Shown one piece after another: positions 23,214 through 33,045 of a stretch of 64,000 nucleotides of DNA (positions within the stretch are counted from its first letter, which is position 1; each line of letters starts with the position of its first letter). The notes beneath the pieces were generated by a model. It made no database searches and was not told where the DNA came from. It worked only from the letters and a program-made list of their open reading frames with translations. The position numbers were made by a program, and so were the translations under genes. Source of the DNA: an uncultured Chloroflexia bacterium (lineage in GTDB: Bacteria > Chloroflexota > UBA6077 > JACCZL01); NCBI GenBank assembly GCA_963765765.1, contig CAVXYC010000019.1, forward strand, positions 32,001 through 96,000. Reading direction: 5' to 3'.

Positions 23214-23582
23214 CTAGAGGTCGTTGCCGCGCCAGCGCACGCCACGCGGTCGGATTACAGCGAATTGGCTTGTCTGATCGGCGCTCTCTTCGAACTGTGC
23301 AATGACCGCGGGCAGGCGCCTGATCTTCTCTTCAGCGTCGGTAGCCAGACGGAGCCGGAACAGAATCACGCCCGCATGCGGCTTTCGTCGAGCGAACGAT
23401 AAGCTCGCCAAAGTCGAGATCGTTCGTGATGAGAACGCGTTGCTCCGCTGTGGCTATCGCCAGAACTTCCTCGTCGGGAATGGAGCGGGTATAGTCCAGA
23501 GCGATCGCCGTAACGTCGTGGCCTAGGCGCTGAAGGAACGTCCGATTCGTAGCTCGACATTCTCGTCGAGCAGGAATCTCAT
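23214..23582 (-). CDS. DUF5615 PIN-like toxin (VapC45-like), frameshifted
   Basis: MRFLLDENVE, LGHDV, DEEVLAIATAEQRVLITNDLDFGEL, HAGVILFRL. Confidence 0.8.
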
Positions 23583-23834
23583 CCGCCGCGGTCGGCGTTA
23601 TTGAGGGCGTACTCTCGTTCCACCAGCGATGCGGCATATTCGAGGCATGCACGAACGTCATCGATGGTTAAGCGAGGATAGTCTGCGAAGAGCGCCTGGA
23701 TATTCCGGATCGCGTGCGAGTTTTGCTAGGACGAGCTCCACAGGAATGCGAGTCCCGCGAACAATAGGTTTACCGACCAGCACGGACGGGTCGCGGATGA
23801 TCCGCTCATTGATTCTGGTGTCCTTAGTGGTCAA
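23579..23834 (-). CDS. DUF433 antitoxin (VapB45-like), one frameshift
   Basis: TTG start after GAGGTGA; ERIIRDPSVLVGKPIVRGTRIPVELVL...DYPRLTIDDVRACLEYAA; ATGA overlap with the toxin; missing from the ORF track. Confidence 0.82.
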
Positions 23835-23952
23835 GTGACATCACCTCGCTTGCCTGGGTCCTGCGGAGTCGGTATCAGTCGAAATTATCGCATGAGAACA
23901 AGAAAGCGGAGCCAGATGGGCTCCGCTTTCTGAATCACCTGCGGCGCTGCAG

Positions 23953-26253
23953 TTAGAAATCCACCTCACACACCCCCGCCAGGCAGGCGAGCTCCTGGGC
24001 GGCGTTGGTGAGGTCTTCGTGCTCGTAGCGGTAGACCTTGGAGAAGTCGATGTCGGGGAATTCGGGCGCGAGGCGCTCGTATTCCTCTTTGCTGATCTCC
24101 ACGTAGGGGAGCTGAGCGTACTGGGCATCGAAGGCGGGCAGGAAGGCCATGCCGCCGATGACGTCCTTGTGCTCCCAGACCCAGCGCATCAGGTCCAGCA
24201 CTTCGTCTGGGCGGTAGGTGATAGTGACGCTGGGATTGTGCTCGGTCCAGTACAGCTTGTTCTGCAGCCAGTACTCACACTGCGCAATGGCCGATCGCTC
24301 GTTGCGCGTCACCGCGCCATCGGGCGACTTCATCGGGAAGTGCACGACCCAGGTGTTGGCGTCTTCAGGACCCTGGCCATTCTCGGGGTCCATGGGCACA
24401 CCGGAGTCCCGTAGAACTTTGTACAGCGGCGAGTGCGTTCCGACGCGGACGTTGCGAATGTAGTAGGGCGCCCAGCGTGCATGCAGGCCCGAGGCACAGT
24501 TGAGAAGCTGGGCGGAGTTCCCGCTCGGCTTCACGGTGGTCGTCGAAGCTGCCTGATTGATGCCCAGCGTCTGAGCGTACTGCCGGTTCACTTCCACGGC
24601 TACCTGGCGCAGTTTGCTCTTCACGCCGGCGTCCTGGGCAATGGCGCTATCGAGCTGCCCGGTGATGTCCACGCCCAGCAGGCGCTCCTCTTCACAGTTC
24701 TGCTGCCATTGTGGCCGCAGGCCTGGGAAGTTGGTGGCCATGCTCTGAATGGTGCCGATGATGCTGGCGACCTCGACCTTGTCCTTGAGTGACTCGTAAT
24801 CGTCACCCTGGCGCGCCACGGCGATGGAGAGGTTGCAGAACTGGAAGGGACGCAGCACGATCTCGCCGCACGGGTTTGTGCCCCAGTCGGCATCCTGCCG
24901 ACGATCAGGGCGCATGGCGCGTGCGGCTTCACGGTTAAAGATGCCAGGCTCGCCGCGGCCCGACTCCACCATCTCCAGGAAGAGCTTGGCGAAGTCGAGC
25001 TGGGTGATGCCGCCGGCGGGCAGCACCATGGAGTTATTGGCGTTCCAGCGCTGGCTGTTCTCGCGCTCGAAATCGCCGGACTTGGACAGGCGCATCTCCT
25101 CGTCATCGAAGTCGAAGAGCGAGATCATCGCCGTTCGGCGCACGCCGCCCTGGACGGCCGCGTTGCCCACCGCGCACATGATGTCATGCGCGTCCAGCGG
25201 GCGCAGGAAGCTCCCCTGGCGCGAGAGGATGCGCTTGCGCACGAATTCCAGCATGGTGCGCAGTGGCTCGGCCCCTGACGCGCGGCCGCCCTTGGTCTTC
25301 AGCGGAGCGCCTGCCGGGCGGATCTGGGAGAGATCCACGCGGACATCGCCGCCCTCGAACCAGACCTCCAGCGCGGTGCGCAGGCCGTTCATCCAGCCCT
25401 CGGTGGAGTCATCGAAGACCAGCGGCTTGGGGGAGAGGCCGCTCTGACGACGGACGCGCGGAAACTGCTCGACGAACTTGCCTTCAACCGAGAAGCCGAC
25501 GCCGCAGCCGCTCATCGAGATGAGCATGGCCTCGCAGAACGAATCGATGCTGTCGACCGGCAAGTACGAGCAGTTGTAAACGCTGATGTTGTTGCGGCGC
25601 GCGGCCGGACCCGCCATGGCCAGCAGCCGCATGGACGGCATGGAGCGCATCTCGAGCACGTTTGTGCGAATGCGCTCGTACGTCTCTCGAGGCAGACGGT
25701 CACCGCCGAGCTCATGCAGGAAGTCAACGGCGCGATCAACCGTCTCGACCCACGTTTCGCGGCGACCCTGCTCATAGTCGAATCGGGAGTACTTATCAAA
25801 ATACTGGAAGCGCTGGATCGGCGTCGGGAAATAGACGTCCGACGCTTCGAACGCTTCTCGGACTGCGTCGGGTACCGGCCGGTCCTCGCGCTCTTTGGCG
25901 CGCTCGGCGCGATAGAGGATGTAGCGCTTAGCAGCCTCGAACTCTCCGGCCGCCTGCAGGACCATCTCAACGATGTCTTGCACGCCCTCTACAGTGGGCG
26001 GTTCCCCGTTCGACTTGGCTGCCACGATGTTGATGACACGGTTGGCGAGCTCGCCGACGGGCGTCTCAGGCGTGCGCCCGAAGCTGTCAAAGCAGCGATG
26101 AAGGGCATTCTCGATGCGCTGGACCTCAAAGGTAACGAGCCGTCCGTCGCGCTTGACGATGGTCGGCGGTGCGATCGGCGTCACGACTATCGCATCGTCA
26201 TCATGTCTATCCATGGTCTTTCCATTTACTGAGCTGAACGGCTCGACGGCCAT
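23953..26253 (-). CDS. nrdJ: Class II (adenosylcobalamin-dependent) ribonucleotide reductase with N-terminal ATP cone
   Basis: IVKRDGR (ATP cone), YNCSY, GCGVGFSV, GGVRRTAMISL, GTNPCGEI, FCNLS, TTVKPSGN, C-terminal CLAGVC. Confidence 0.93.
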   Translation of the reverse strand: MAVEPFSSVNGKTMDRHDDDAIVVTPIAPPTIVKRDGRLVTFEVQRIENALHRCFDSFGRTPETPVGELANRVINIVAAKSNGEPPTVEGVQDIVEMVLQAAGEFEAAKRYILYRAERAKEREDRPVPDAVREAFEASDVYFPTPIQRFQYFDKYSRFDYEQGRRETWVETVDRAVDFLHELGGDRLPRETYERIRTNVLEMRSMPSMRLLAMAGPAARRNNISVYNCSYLPVDSIDSFCEAMLISMSGCGVGFSVEGKFVEQFPRVRRQSGLSPKPLVFDDSTEGWMNGLRTALEVWFEGGDVRVDLSQIRPAGAPLKTKGGRASGAEPLRTMLEFVRKRILSRQGSFLRPLDAHDIMCAVGNAAVQGGVRRTAMISLFDFDDEEMRLSKSGDFERENSQRWNANNSMVLPAGGITQLDFAKLFLEMVESGRGEPGIFNREAARAMRPDRRQDADWGTNPCGEIVLRPFQFCNLSIAVARQGDDYESLKDKVEVASIIGTIQSMATNFPGLRPQWQQNCEEERLLGVDITGQLDSAIAQDAGVKSKLRQVAVEVNRQYAQTLGINQAASTTTVKPSGNSAQLLNCASGLHARWAPYYIRNVRVGTHSPLYKVLRDSGVPMDPENGQGPEDANTWVVHFPMKSPDGAVTRNERSAIAQCEYWLQNKLYWTEHNPSVTITYRPDEVLDLMRWVWEHKDVIGGMAFLPAFDAQYAQLPYVEISKEEYERLAPEFPDIDFSKVYRYEHEDLTNAAQELACLAGVCEVDF

Positions 26254-26339
26254 GTCTTCCTCTCCCTATCGCGCGGTCTTTGCACGTCGCCAAATTTTGC
26301 CCGGTGGGCCGCGCTCCGCAACGCATATCCCATACCACG

Positions 26340-26387
26340 GTACAACATCTGGTACTAAAAATAAAGATACCCACAATATCTTGTGGG
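26340..26387. promoter_or_regulatory. Tandem NrdR boxes
   Basis: tacaacatctggta at 26341 and cacaatatcttgtg at 26372, 31 bp apart, upstream of the RNR gene; match to acaCwAtATaTwGtg. Confidence 0.8.
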
Positions 26388-26525
26388 AATCAAGCGAAGA
26401 GCGACAGAACGGGCGTTCGGTGAATCACACAGATGGCACAGCGTTGTGGGGCCCGATTGTACGTCCGGACAAGTCCACCGGGAGCACCCAAATTGCGCGC
26501 AATCACACCAGTGTGGGCACACCTT

Positions 26526-26574
26526 TAGGGGCTAGGGGCTAGGGGCTAGGGGCTAAGGGCTAGGGGCTAAGGGC
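26526..26574. repeat. Heptamer tandem repeat (TAGGGGC/TAAGGGC)x7
   Basis: Directly visible. Confidence 0.9.
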
Positions 26575-26578
26575 TGGG

Positions 26579-26705
26579 TCGTAGTATGGGGGCTTGTCTG
26601 GCTTGTCCCCTGTGCCTGGAAATCCCGCACGTTAGAAAGCATCGGCACAGCCAGCGGGCCAAGACCGAGAGACCCAGGCACAGGGGACAAGCCCCCATAC
26701 TACGA
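26579..26705. repeat. GTAG-type REP doublet overlapping the plsX stop
   Basis: tcGTAGtatgggggcttgtc[tggcttgtc]ccctgtgcctgg ... ccaggcacaggggacaagcccccataCTACga. Confidence 0.75.
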
Positions 26706-27713
26706 ACGCGTCAATATTCCTCTGGCGATCGTGTCCACTAAATTGCCATCCACGGCTCGGCGGGCGACTCGGATGGCGTTGTAGATGGCCCGGGCGTTTG
26801 AGCGGCCGTGGGCGATGATGACGACACCCTGAACGCCCAGTAGGGGCGCCCCTCCGAATTCGGCGTAGTCCAGGCGACCGTAGGCACGCTTGAAGGATGG
26901 ACGCAGGCCCGCGGCGAGAAGCTTGGAGAATGGATTGGAAGTGATCTCTTCACGGATGATTCCGCCAATGGTCGAGGCGACACCCTCAGCGAATTTGATC
27001 AGCACATTTCCCACGAAGCCATCACACACCACCACGTCCACCGCACCCGCTGGGATGTCCTTGCCTTCGACGTTCCCGACAAAGTTGGCGGACTCATCGC
27101 GCAGCAGCGCGTGGGCTCGCTGCACCACCTGGTTTCCTTTTTCCTCTTCCTCCCCGATCGACAGTAGTCCCACGCGGGGCTTGTCTACTTCCAGGACTTG
27201 CTCAGCGTACGCGGCGCCCATGAGCGCAAACTGCGCTAAATATTCCGGTTTGCAATCCGCGTTGGCGCCTACGTCTACGATGAGCGTGAATCCAGAGCGA
27301 GTGGGGAATACCGTGGCAATGGCCGGACGCTCCACTCCGGGAATACGTCCCAGGTGAAAAAGCCCGGCGGCAAGCATGGCGCCGGTGTTCCCCGCCGAGA
27401 GAAATGCCGCCGCGCGGCCATCTTTCACCTGACGCATCCCGACGACGATCGACGAGTCGGTCTTCTGACGCACCGCGTTCGCCGGATGCTCGGCCATCTC
27501 GATCACCTCACTGGCGGGCACCAGTGAGATCCGTTCGTCATCTTCGGCGCTCAGTCTTCTCAGCTCGGCGCGAATGACGTCCTCCGGTCCAACAAGAGCC
27601 ACGCGCGCATCCAGCTCCCGAACGGCTTCCAATGCACCGTCGACGATCACGCTGGGTGCGTGGTCGCCGCCCATGGCGTCTACGGCGATGATCGGATGAG
27701 CAGGCTCGGTCAT
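26700..27713 (-). CDS. plsX: Phosphate acyltransferase PlsX
   Basis: IAVDAMGGDHAP, SAGNTGA, DVGANAD, GNVEGKD, VCDGFVGN, GGAPLLG, HGRS. Confidence 0.95.
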   Translation of the reverse strand: MTEPAHPIIAVDAMGGDHAPSVIVDGALEAVRELDARVALVGPEDVIRAELRRLSAEDDERISLVPASEVIEMAEHPANAVRQKTDSSIVVGMRQVKDGRAAAFLSAGNTGAMLAAGLFHLGRIPGVERPAIATVFPTRSGFTLIVDVGANADCKPEYLAQFALMGAAYAEQVLEVDKPRVGLLSIGEEEEKGNQVVQRAHALLRDESANFVGNVEGKDIPAGAVDVVVCDGFVGNVLIKFAEGVASTIGGIIREEITSNPFSKLLAAGLRPSFKRAYGRLDYAEFGGAPLLGVQGVVIIAHGRSNARAIYNAIRVARRAVDGNLVDTIARGILTRS

Positions 27714-29223
27714 CGGCTCAGCACGTCGCCATCGCGAATGCCAGACCGGCGAAAGCACTACTTCGGCCCCTTCGGATACTCCGGTGAGTATCTCCACCAC
27801 TCGCCCATCATTCAGACCACTCTGCACAGGTTGACGGCGATAGCGTCCGTCCACCACGGCATACACAGCCTGGTCCAGATCGCGCCCAATGACGGCTTCT
27901 CTGGGCACAACGATAGTGCCCTGCTTTCGGCCGGCAGCGATGGAGACATTGGCAAACATGCCGCTCTTGAGCTTGAACTGCTGGTCGGTCACTTCCACCT
28001 TCATACCTGAGGTGCGGTTGCGGACATCGATGATTGGGGTGAGCGATCGAACGACGCCAGTAAAAATCTCGTTGGGGTAGGCATCAACGCCGATACTGAC
28101 CGATTGACCCAACGTGATGGCGCCAATCAACAGTTCTGGAACCTGGACCAGAAGCTCAAACTCGGGTGGGATGATGGCGACTAACAGCGCACCGGCCGCG
28201 GTAGGTAACCCCGTACTGACAAAGACATCCGAAATCAGACCGGCCACTGGAGCGGACACGCTCGACTCGCGAAGCTGCAATCGGGCTAGCTCCAGTGCGG
28301 CCCAGGCGTGCTCAACGGCCGTCTCTGCCGACTTTCGTTCGGAGTCCGACACCGGCTGATTGACGCGCTGGAGACGGCGTTCCGCTGCCCTCCAGGGAAG
28401 CTCGAGCCTCCTCGATGTCCGATGGCACGCTGGTACGACGCGATAGGAGAAGTCGCTCTTCTGCTTGTGCCAGCTCTTGCCGTGCCTGGATGAGTTCCGG
28501 GCCGGACGCCGGTGCACGCGCCGAACGGAGCTGCTCCTGTGCGTCGATGAGCGCTTGCTGCGCTTGTCGGATCACCTCTGGTGGCGGTACGGATGATCCC
28601 GAGCCAGGTACTGGAGTGGCTCGCTGAGCGGAGATCAGTCGCTCCACTCGGTCGTTTGCCACGGCTACCGCTGCTTCAAGCTGGGTAATTAGTTCGGGCC
28701 GACCCTTCTCGAGCTCAGCCACAAGCTGGCGAGCCCCGGCAACGGCTCGCACCAGCTCCGTCTGCTGTTCCTGCGTTGGAGCCGACTCCACAGATGCGAG
28801 TCTGGCTTTCGCCGCCCGAAGCTGCGCATCGGCTTCCGCGGTCTCCTCGGGACGATTGCCCGCGCTGAGTCCCGCCAGCCGAGCCTCTGCACCAGCTAGC
28901 GCAGCGTTGGCCCGAGCCACTTCGACTTCCAGCGTCGGGCGATCGAGTTCCAGGAGCGGATCTCCCGCCGCCACGCGCGCTCCCGGGACTGCCGTGACCT
29001 GCATGATTGTCCCGGGTATGCGTGTCGTAACAGTCGTTGCCGGTTTCGTGCGCACTTCCGTTGAGAAGGTAAGCACGCCATTGATCTCGGAACGCGTCGC
29101 TCGAGCCGTAAGGACAGTGGACTCGCGGACCGGTGCCGGCCGCTCCGTGATTGCCGAGCATCCGGCAAGGGTTACGGCGCATCCGACGAGAAGCGCGGGC
29201 CAGAATCTGTTTCCTCTGGACAT
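27710..29223 (-). CDS. Efflux periplasmic adaptor (HlyD/MFP family) lipoprotein; frameshifts near 28380 and 27750
   Basis: LAGC lipobox, lipoyl-like halves GARVAAGDPLLELD / VSAPVAGLI, coiled coil, LKSGMFANV, VVPREAV. Confidence 0.82.
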
Positions 29224-29340
29224 CACAGCAGAGAGTACAAGGTTAGCGTTCCAGGGAGAAAGTCCATGGTCTAGAGTGCCGGCTTCTCGAAATGGTCACA
29301 ATCGTACGAGATGCTCCCACGATTTCTGGAAGCGAGGTGT

Positions 29341-30300
29341 TTATTCACGTGCCCTCCGCCAGAGGAGCACGACGAATACGGCGATGGCACCCAGCGTGAG
29401 CAGGGGATTCTGCTTTGTTTCGCGAGGGGAAGCCTCAGTCGTGACCGCGAGAGCAGGCCGTGGTGTAACGATCACCGGGCATAGGAAGGCATTGAGCGAT
29501 GCCCCGAGCACGATGATTCGCGCGAGCAGGTACAACCAGGTGAGAAGAAGCAGTAGGAGTCCGAGGGTCTTGTATGCCTCGAAGCCGCCCCCGAAGAAGC
29601 GAGTATAAAGCGGAAATAACTGCAGTATGAGCACGAAGAGAACACTGCTGAGGAGCGCGCCGCGCCAGACACCGCCCAGCGACAATGGTGCATTAGGCAC
29701 GATTCGGAAGATCGCCAGGAAGAGGAAGAATGCAGCAATCGCTGAGATGAGCAAGCCGAGAATAGGCGCCATGGCGATAGCATCAGCTGATAAGAACGAA
29801 AGGAGTCTGCCGCCGTGCTCGCTGATAAGCGAGGCCGCGCTCGATGCCAATACCGATGCCAGGATGAGCACCATAAACAGGAGGATCATGGAGATCTCGA
29901 CGATCTTCTGGGGAATGAAAGCCCGCTCGGGTACACCGTAGAAGCGGTTGAAGGCACGGGTCATACTGCCTATCAACCCGGTGCCGGCCCACAGGAGACC
30001 CAGCACAGCAATGACTCCCAGAATGCCTGTGATTTCGCGCGTCTCTTCCAAAAAGGTCAGTAGCTCGTCAACGCCCGCGGGGAACTGACGCTGGATGGCG
30101 CCAACTAGCGCGTCAAGTCGCTCCGGATCTCGGAGAATCAGACCGACGACAGTCAGGCATCCAACGAGCAATGGGAAGAGCGAAAAGACTGCGCTGTAGG
30201 CTATAAGCGACGCAGACCTGTCCGCGTCATCGGCCTGGTATTTGCGCGCGAATCGACCGACGCCACTCTGGCCCCACCACGTCTTTATGCCGTTGAGCAT
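29341..30300 (-). CDS. YihY/BrkB family membrane protein
   Basis: ASLIAYSAVFSLFPLL, FRIVPN, LTWLYLLARIIVLGASLN. Confidence 0.9.
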   Translation of the reverse strand: MLNGIKTWWGQSGVGRFARKYQADDADRSASLIAYSAVFSLFPLLVGCLTVVGLILRDPERLDALVGAIQRQFPAGVDELLTFLEETREITGILGVIAVLGLLWAGTGLIGSMTRAFNRFYGVPERAFIPQKIVEISMILLFMVLILASVLASSAASLISEHGGRLLSFLSADAIAMAPILGLLISAIAAFFLFLAIFRIVPNAPLSLGGVWRGALLSSVLFVLILQLFPLYTRFFGGGFEAYKTLGLLLLLLTWLYLLARIIVLGASLNAFLCPVIVTPRPALAVTTEASPRETKQNPLLTLGAIAVFVVLLWRRARE

Positions 30301-30387
30301 GGTCCTATCGCGTGTGCGGTGTGCGTTTGTCGGGGATCGTCATCTCAGGGTCCCGCCACGGCGCGGAGTATTAGACCCACACCCGAC

Positions 30388-31608
30388 TCAATCCTCAACC
30401 GGGTCGTAGGCACTACGATGTGGCACACGCCCGCCCAGACCACTTAGCTCGAGCTCGTTGGCTACCTTAATGCTTCGTTGCAGAAGCTCGCGTATGAGAG
30501 GATGCTGGACCTGCGAAGGACCTCGGTCCACGCGAACGATGATCGAGCTTGAGACGATCGGCTGCTCCAGCCCAATGGCGGCGGCAACCGCCAGTTTCGC
30601 GGCGTGCTCCCGACCCGATTTCCAGAAGATGTACGCCGTTTCCTCTAATCGTCGTTGCAGTCCGTGTCGAACTTCATCGGTGATGATGGCTCGGATGGCT
30701 TCGGCCTCGATGCGTTCCATCCGCTCCTGCCGCGCTGCGTCCTGTAGGACAACCAGGGAGCTATCCATCTGTCGCGCCTGCTCAGCAAATGGTCGAATGT
30801 CATGGAAATCAAAAATCCACGAGGTAAGCTCTGGCTCGTCGGCGATCTGGACGGATTGTTGGAGGTAAGTCGGATCAAGGCGAATCTCAGCGGTAGGCAT
30901 CACATCGTAGATAAGCGCTCGTTCGGGCGGATCGCCGAAGTCGCCCACAACAGAGTGGTAGGTTTGAATATCAGCGGGAACCGTGAATCCTGTGGCGTGA
31001 TTCAACGCTTCAGCTTCCGCGAGAAGCGAGCGGGCGTAATCCGTGGGTAGCTCAATGAATTCGATCTGCGATCGTCTGGTGATGTCTCGGACGTTCTCCT
31101 GGAAGCGCCTTCTAGTGATGTCCGAGACCATCGCGTCCTTTATGCCGACGATCTCATTGAGCACCATGCCGATCATGTAGCCGCCGCCGGTAGAGCGCTC
31201 TACGAAGATCCATAGCCATCGCGAGCCGATGCCGTCGGGGGCAGATGCTTGAGCCTCGGCAAGGCGATATTCCACGTTCAGCCGCAGCATCTGGTGCTCG
31301 GGCGTGATCTGGACGCTGGGAGCCGATTTTCCGCTGGCTCTGAGTCGGTGCAGGCCCCGACGTGCTCCCTTGCGAAGATCCTTGGAGACCGGCCCGGCCG
31401 CAACCGCTGCCAATAGGTCGGCGGCCTCAGGATGTTCTAATGCCCCCAGCATCTCGACAGATGGAAGATCGTCTGCGCTGAGCCCCTGGAGCAGCCCTTC
31501 GTGTGAGTCCGGCTGCTGCACCCATCGATCAAGCAGCGCCTGCGCCTGCTCTCGTGCTTGCTCTCGATCCACCCCTGCCCATCCCTTGCAGGCCACCGTG
31601 GCCAGCAT
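30388..31608 (-). CDS. Hypothetical protein (helical N-terminus)
   Basis: 406-aa ORF with protein-like composition; no family recognised. Confidence 0.75.
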   Translation of the reverse strand: MLATVACKGWAGVDREQAREQAQALLDRWVQQPDSHEGLLQGLSADDLPSVEMLGALEHPEAADLLAAVAAGPVSKDLRKGARRGLHRLRASGKSAPSVQITPEHQMLRLNVEYRLAEAQASAPDGIGSRWLWIFVERSTGGGYMIGMVLNEIVGIKDAMVSDITRRRFQENVRDITRRSQIEFIELPTDYARSLLAEAEALNHATGFTVPADIQTYHSVVGDFGDPPERALIYDVMPTAEIRLDPTYLQQSVQIADEPELTSWIFDFHDIRPFAEQARQMDSSLVVLQDAARQERMERIEAEAIRAIITDEVRHGLQRRLEETAYIFWKSGREHAAKLAVAAAIGLEQPIVSSSIIVRVDRGPSQVQHPLIRELLQRSIKVANELELSGLGGRVPHRSAYDPVED

Positions 31609-31682
31609 CGTCGCGGCGACGATTATAGCAACCGTCAGCAGGGATTCCGTCGGGATTTATGAGCAGCTCGGCCGGATAGGCG

Positions 31683-32201
31683 TCAATTCAAAGGGACAGC
31701 GCTGCTGATCGTCAGGATCTTGTCCCATGAGCCGAATTCAGCAGGTACGTAGTGCATCATGGCGACCATCCAGTTGGCGAAGAACGCGCCAAGGCGTGAC
31801 GAATCGGCCGTTATGAGCCCGATCTTTTCCGCAAATGACGAGGCCGTACCGACCAGCAAGATACCCTCGCAAGCGCCGAGACCCAGCCCAGCAATGAGGT
31901 CCACGGTACGGAGCGCAGGGTTGTTGAGTGCTGGCCGAATCATCGATGCCAGAATGGTCACGGCGGTCAGGACGATCACGAGTACGCCGAGATACGCGAG
32001 AATCGCGTTGTGAGGCTCGACGCCCTCGCGCCAGACGAGCTTCGCTACGAGCGGGCCGAACTGCCGCGCCGCGATGGCGCCGAAGACCACGCCCATCAGC
32101 ATGGTCGACTCTTTCAGGAATCCTCGCCGGCCGCCGTTGATGACGATCAAGACGAGCACCGTCGCCATCAGGAAATCGAGCGGCGGCAGTCCTTCCGGCA
32201 T
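31683..32201 (-). CDS. cvpA: CvpA (colicin V production) family membrane protein
   Basis: LDFLMATVLVLIVINGGRRGFLKE, VDLIAGLGLGACEG. Confidence 0.75.
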   Translation of the reverse strand: MPEGLPPLDFLMATVLVLIVINGGRRGFLKESTMLMGVVFGAIAARQFGPLVAKLVWREGVEPHNAILAYLGVLVIVLTAVTILASMIRPALNNPALRTVDLIAGLGLGACEGILLVGTASSFAEKIGLITADSSRLGAFFANWMVAMMHYVPAEFGSWDKILTISSAVPLN

Positions 32202-32421
32202 CTTTCCCCCCGTGTTCAACGATCCTGAACGTTCTATTGATTCATCGGACAACAACGAAGGAACGTTCAGTTTTGGGCCCAATCAGCGGGCTCCTGTGAT
32301 GGGGATGTCCCGCACCTGGGCCGATGAGATGCATCTCTAACTGTCCGGTCCGCGGTCGTCGACGCAGCATTGGACAGGTAGAGACGCCTGTCCCACCGTT
32401 CACTCGTACAATTCGAGTGTC

Positions 32422-32994
32422 ATGATTACCAGCTCCACGCGTCCAATGCTGCCCTGGATTCTTCGCGGGCTAACCATCGCGACGCTCGTTGGCGGACTCG
32501 GGCTCTGGCTCGTTCAAGGCGAGGGGGCACAGCGCATCATTGAGTCACTGCCCGGGCGGGCGCCTCGTCCAGTGGAGGTAAATACGCCCGCGCCGGAATT
32601 TCGATTGGCAAGCGTTGACGGCGGCTCGCTGTCCCTCTCAGAGCTACGTGGGAAGGTGGTCGTCCTGAATTTCTGGGCGACCTGGTGTGTGCCGTGCCGC
32701 GCCGAGATGCCAGCATTGGAGCACGTTTATCAGATGCACCGCGACCGCGGGCTCGTTGTCGTTGGCGTTGATGTGCAGGAATCGGCTGAGAAAGTTCTCG
32801 GCTTCCTGCCCGAGGTGAACGTGACATTTCCGATTGTGCTGGATAGCGACACCAAGCTCGCCACTCGATATCGGGCAACCGGCTTGCCGGCTACCTTTAT
32901 TCTGGACCGTCAGGGCGTGGTACGGGACATCCGTCTGGGTCCGTACACGGAGGAGATGTTGTTGCCGCGGTTAGAGCCGTTGCTGACGAGTTAG
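32422..32994 (+). CDS. TlpA/ResA-like thiol-disulfide oxidoreductase
   Basis: N-terminal TM, LRGKVVVLNFWATWCVPCRAEMP, LPATF. Confidence 0.93.
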   Translation: MITSSTRPMLPWILRGLTIATLVGGLGLWLVQGEGAQRIIESLPGRAPRPVEVNTPAPEFRLASVDGGSLSLSELRGKVVVLNFWATWCVPCRAEMPALEHVYQMHRDRGLVVVGVDVQESAEKVLGFLPEVNVTFPIVLDSDTKLATRYRATGLPATFILDRQGVVRDIRLGPYTEEMLLPRLEPLLTS

Positions 32995-33045
32995 GCGGAG
33001 CCTTGTGCGACAGATGAAGCTCAGGGAGGTGTGGGACGTCGAGTC

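Noticed and set aside
26254-26520. Cobalamin riboswitch upstream of nrdJ
   Set aside because: No B12-box or GGGAA/GCCCCCGCAACTGT-like motifs were seen; NrdR boxes explain the region
26700-28517. 605-aa HlyD-PlsX fusion ORF
   Set aside because: A one-base shift near 27750 restores the adaptor C-terminus and a TGA overlapping the plsX ATG, so it is probably an indel artefact
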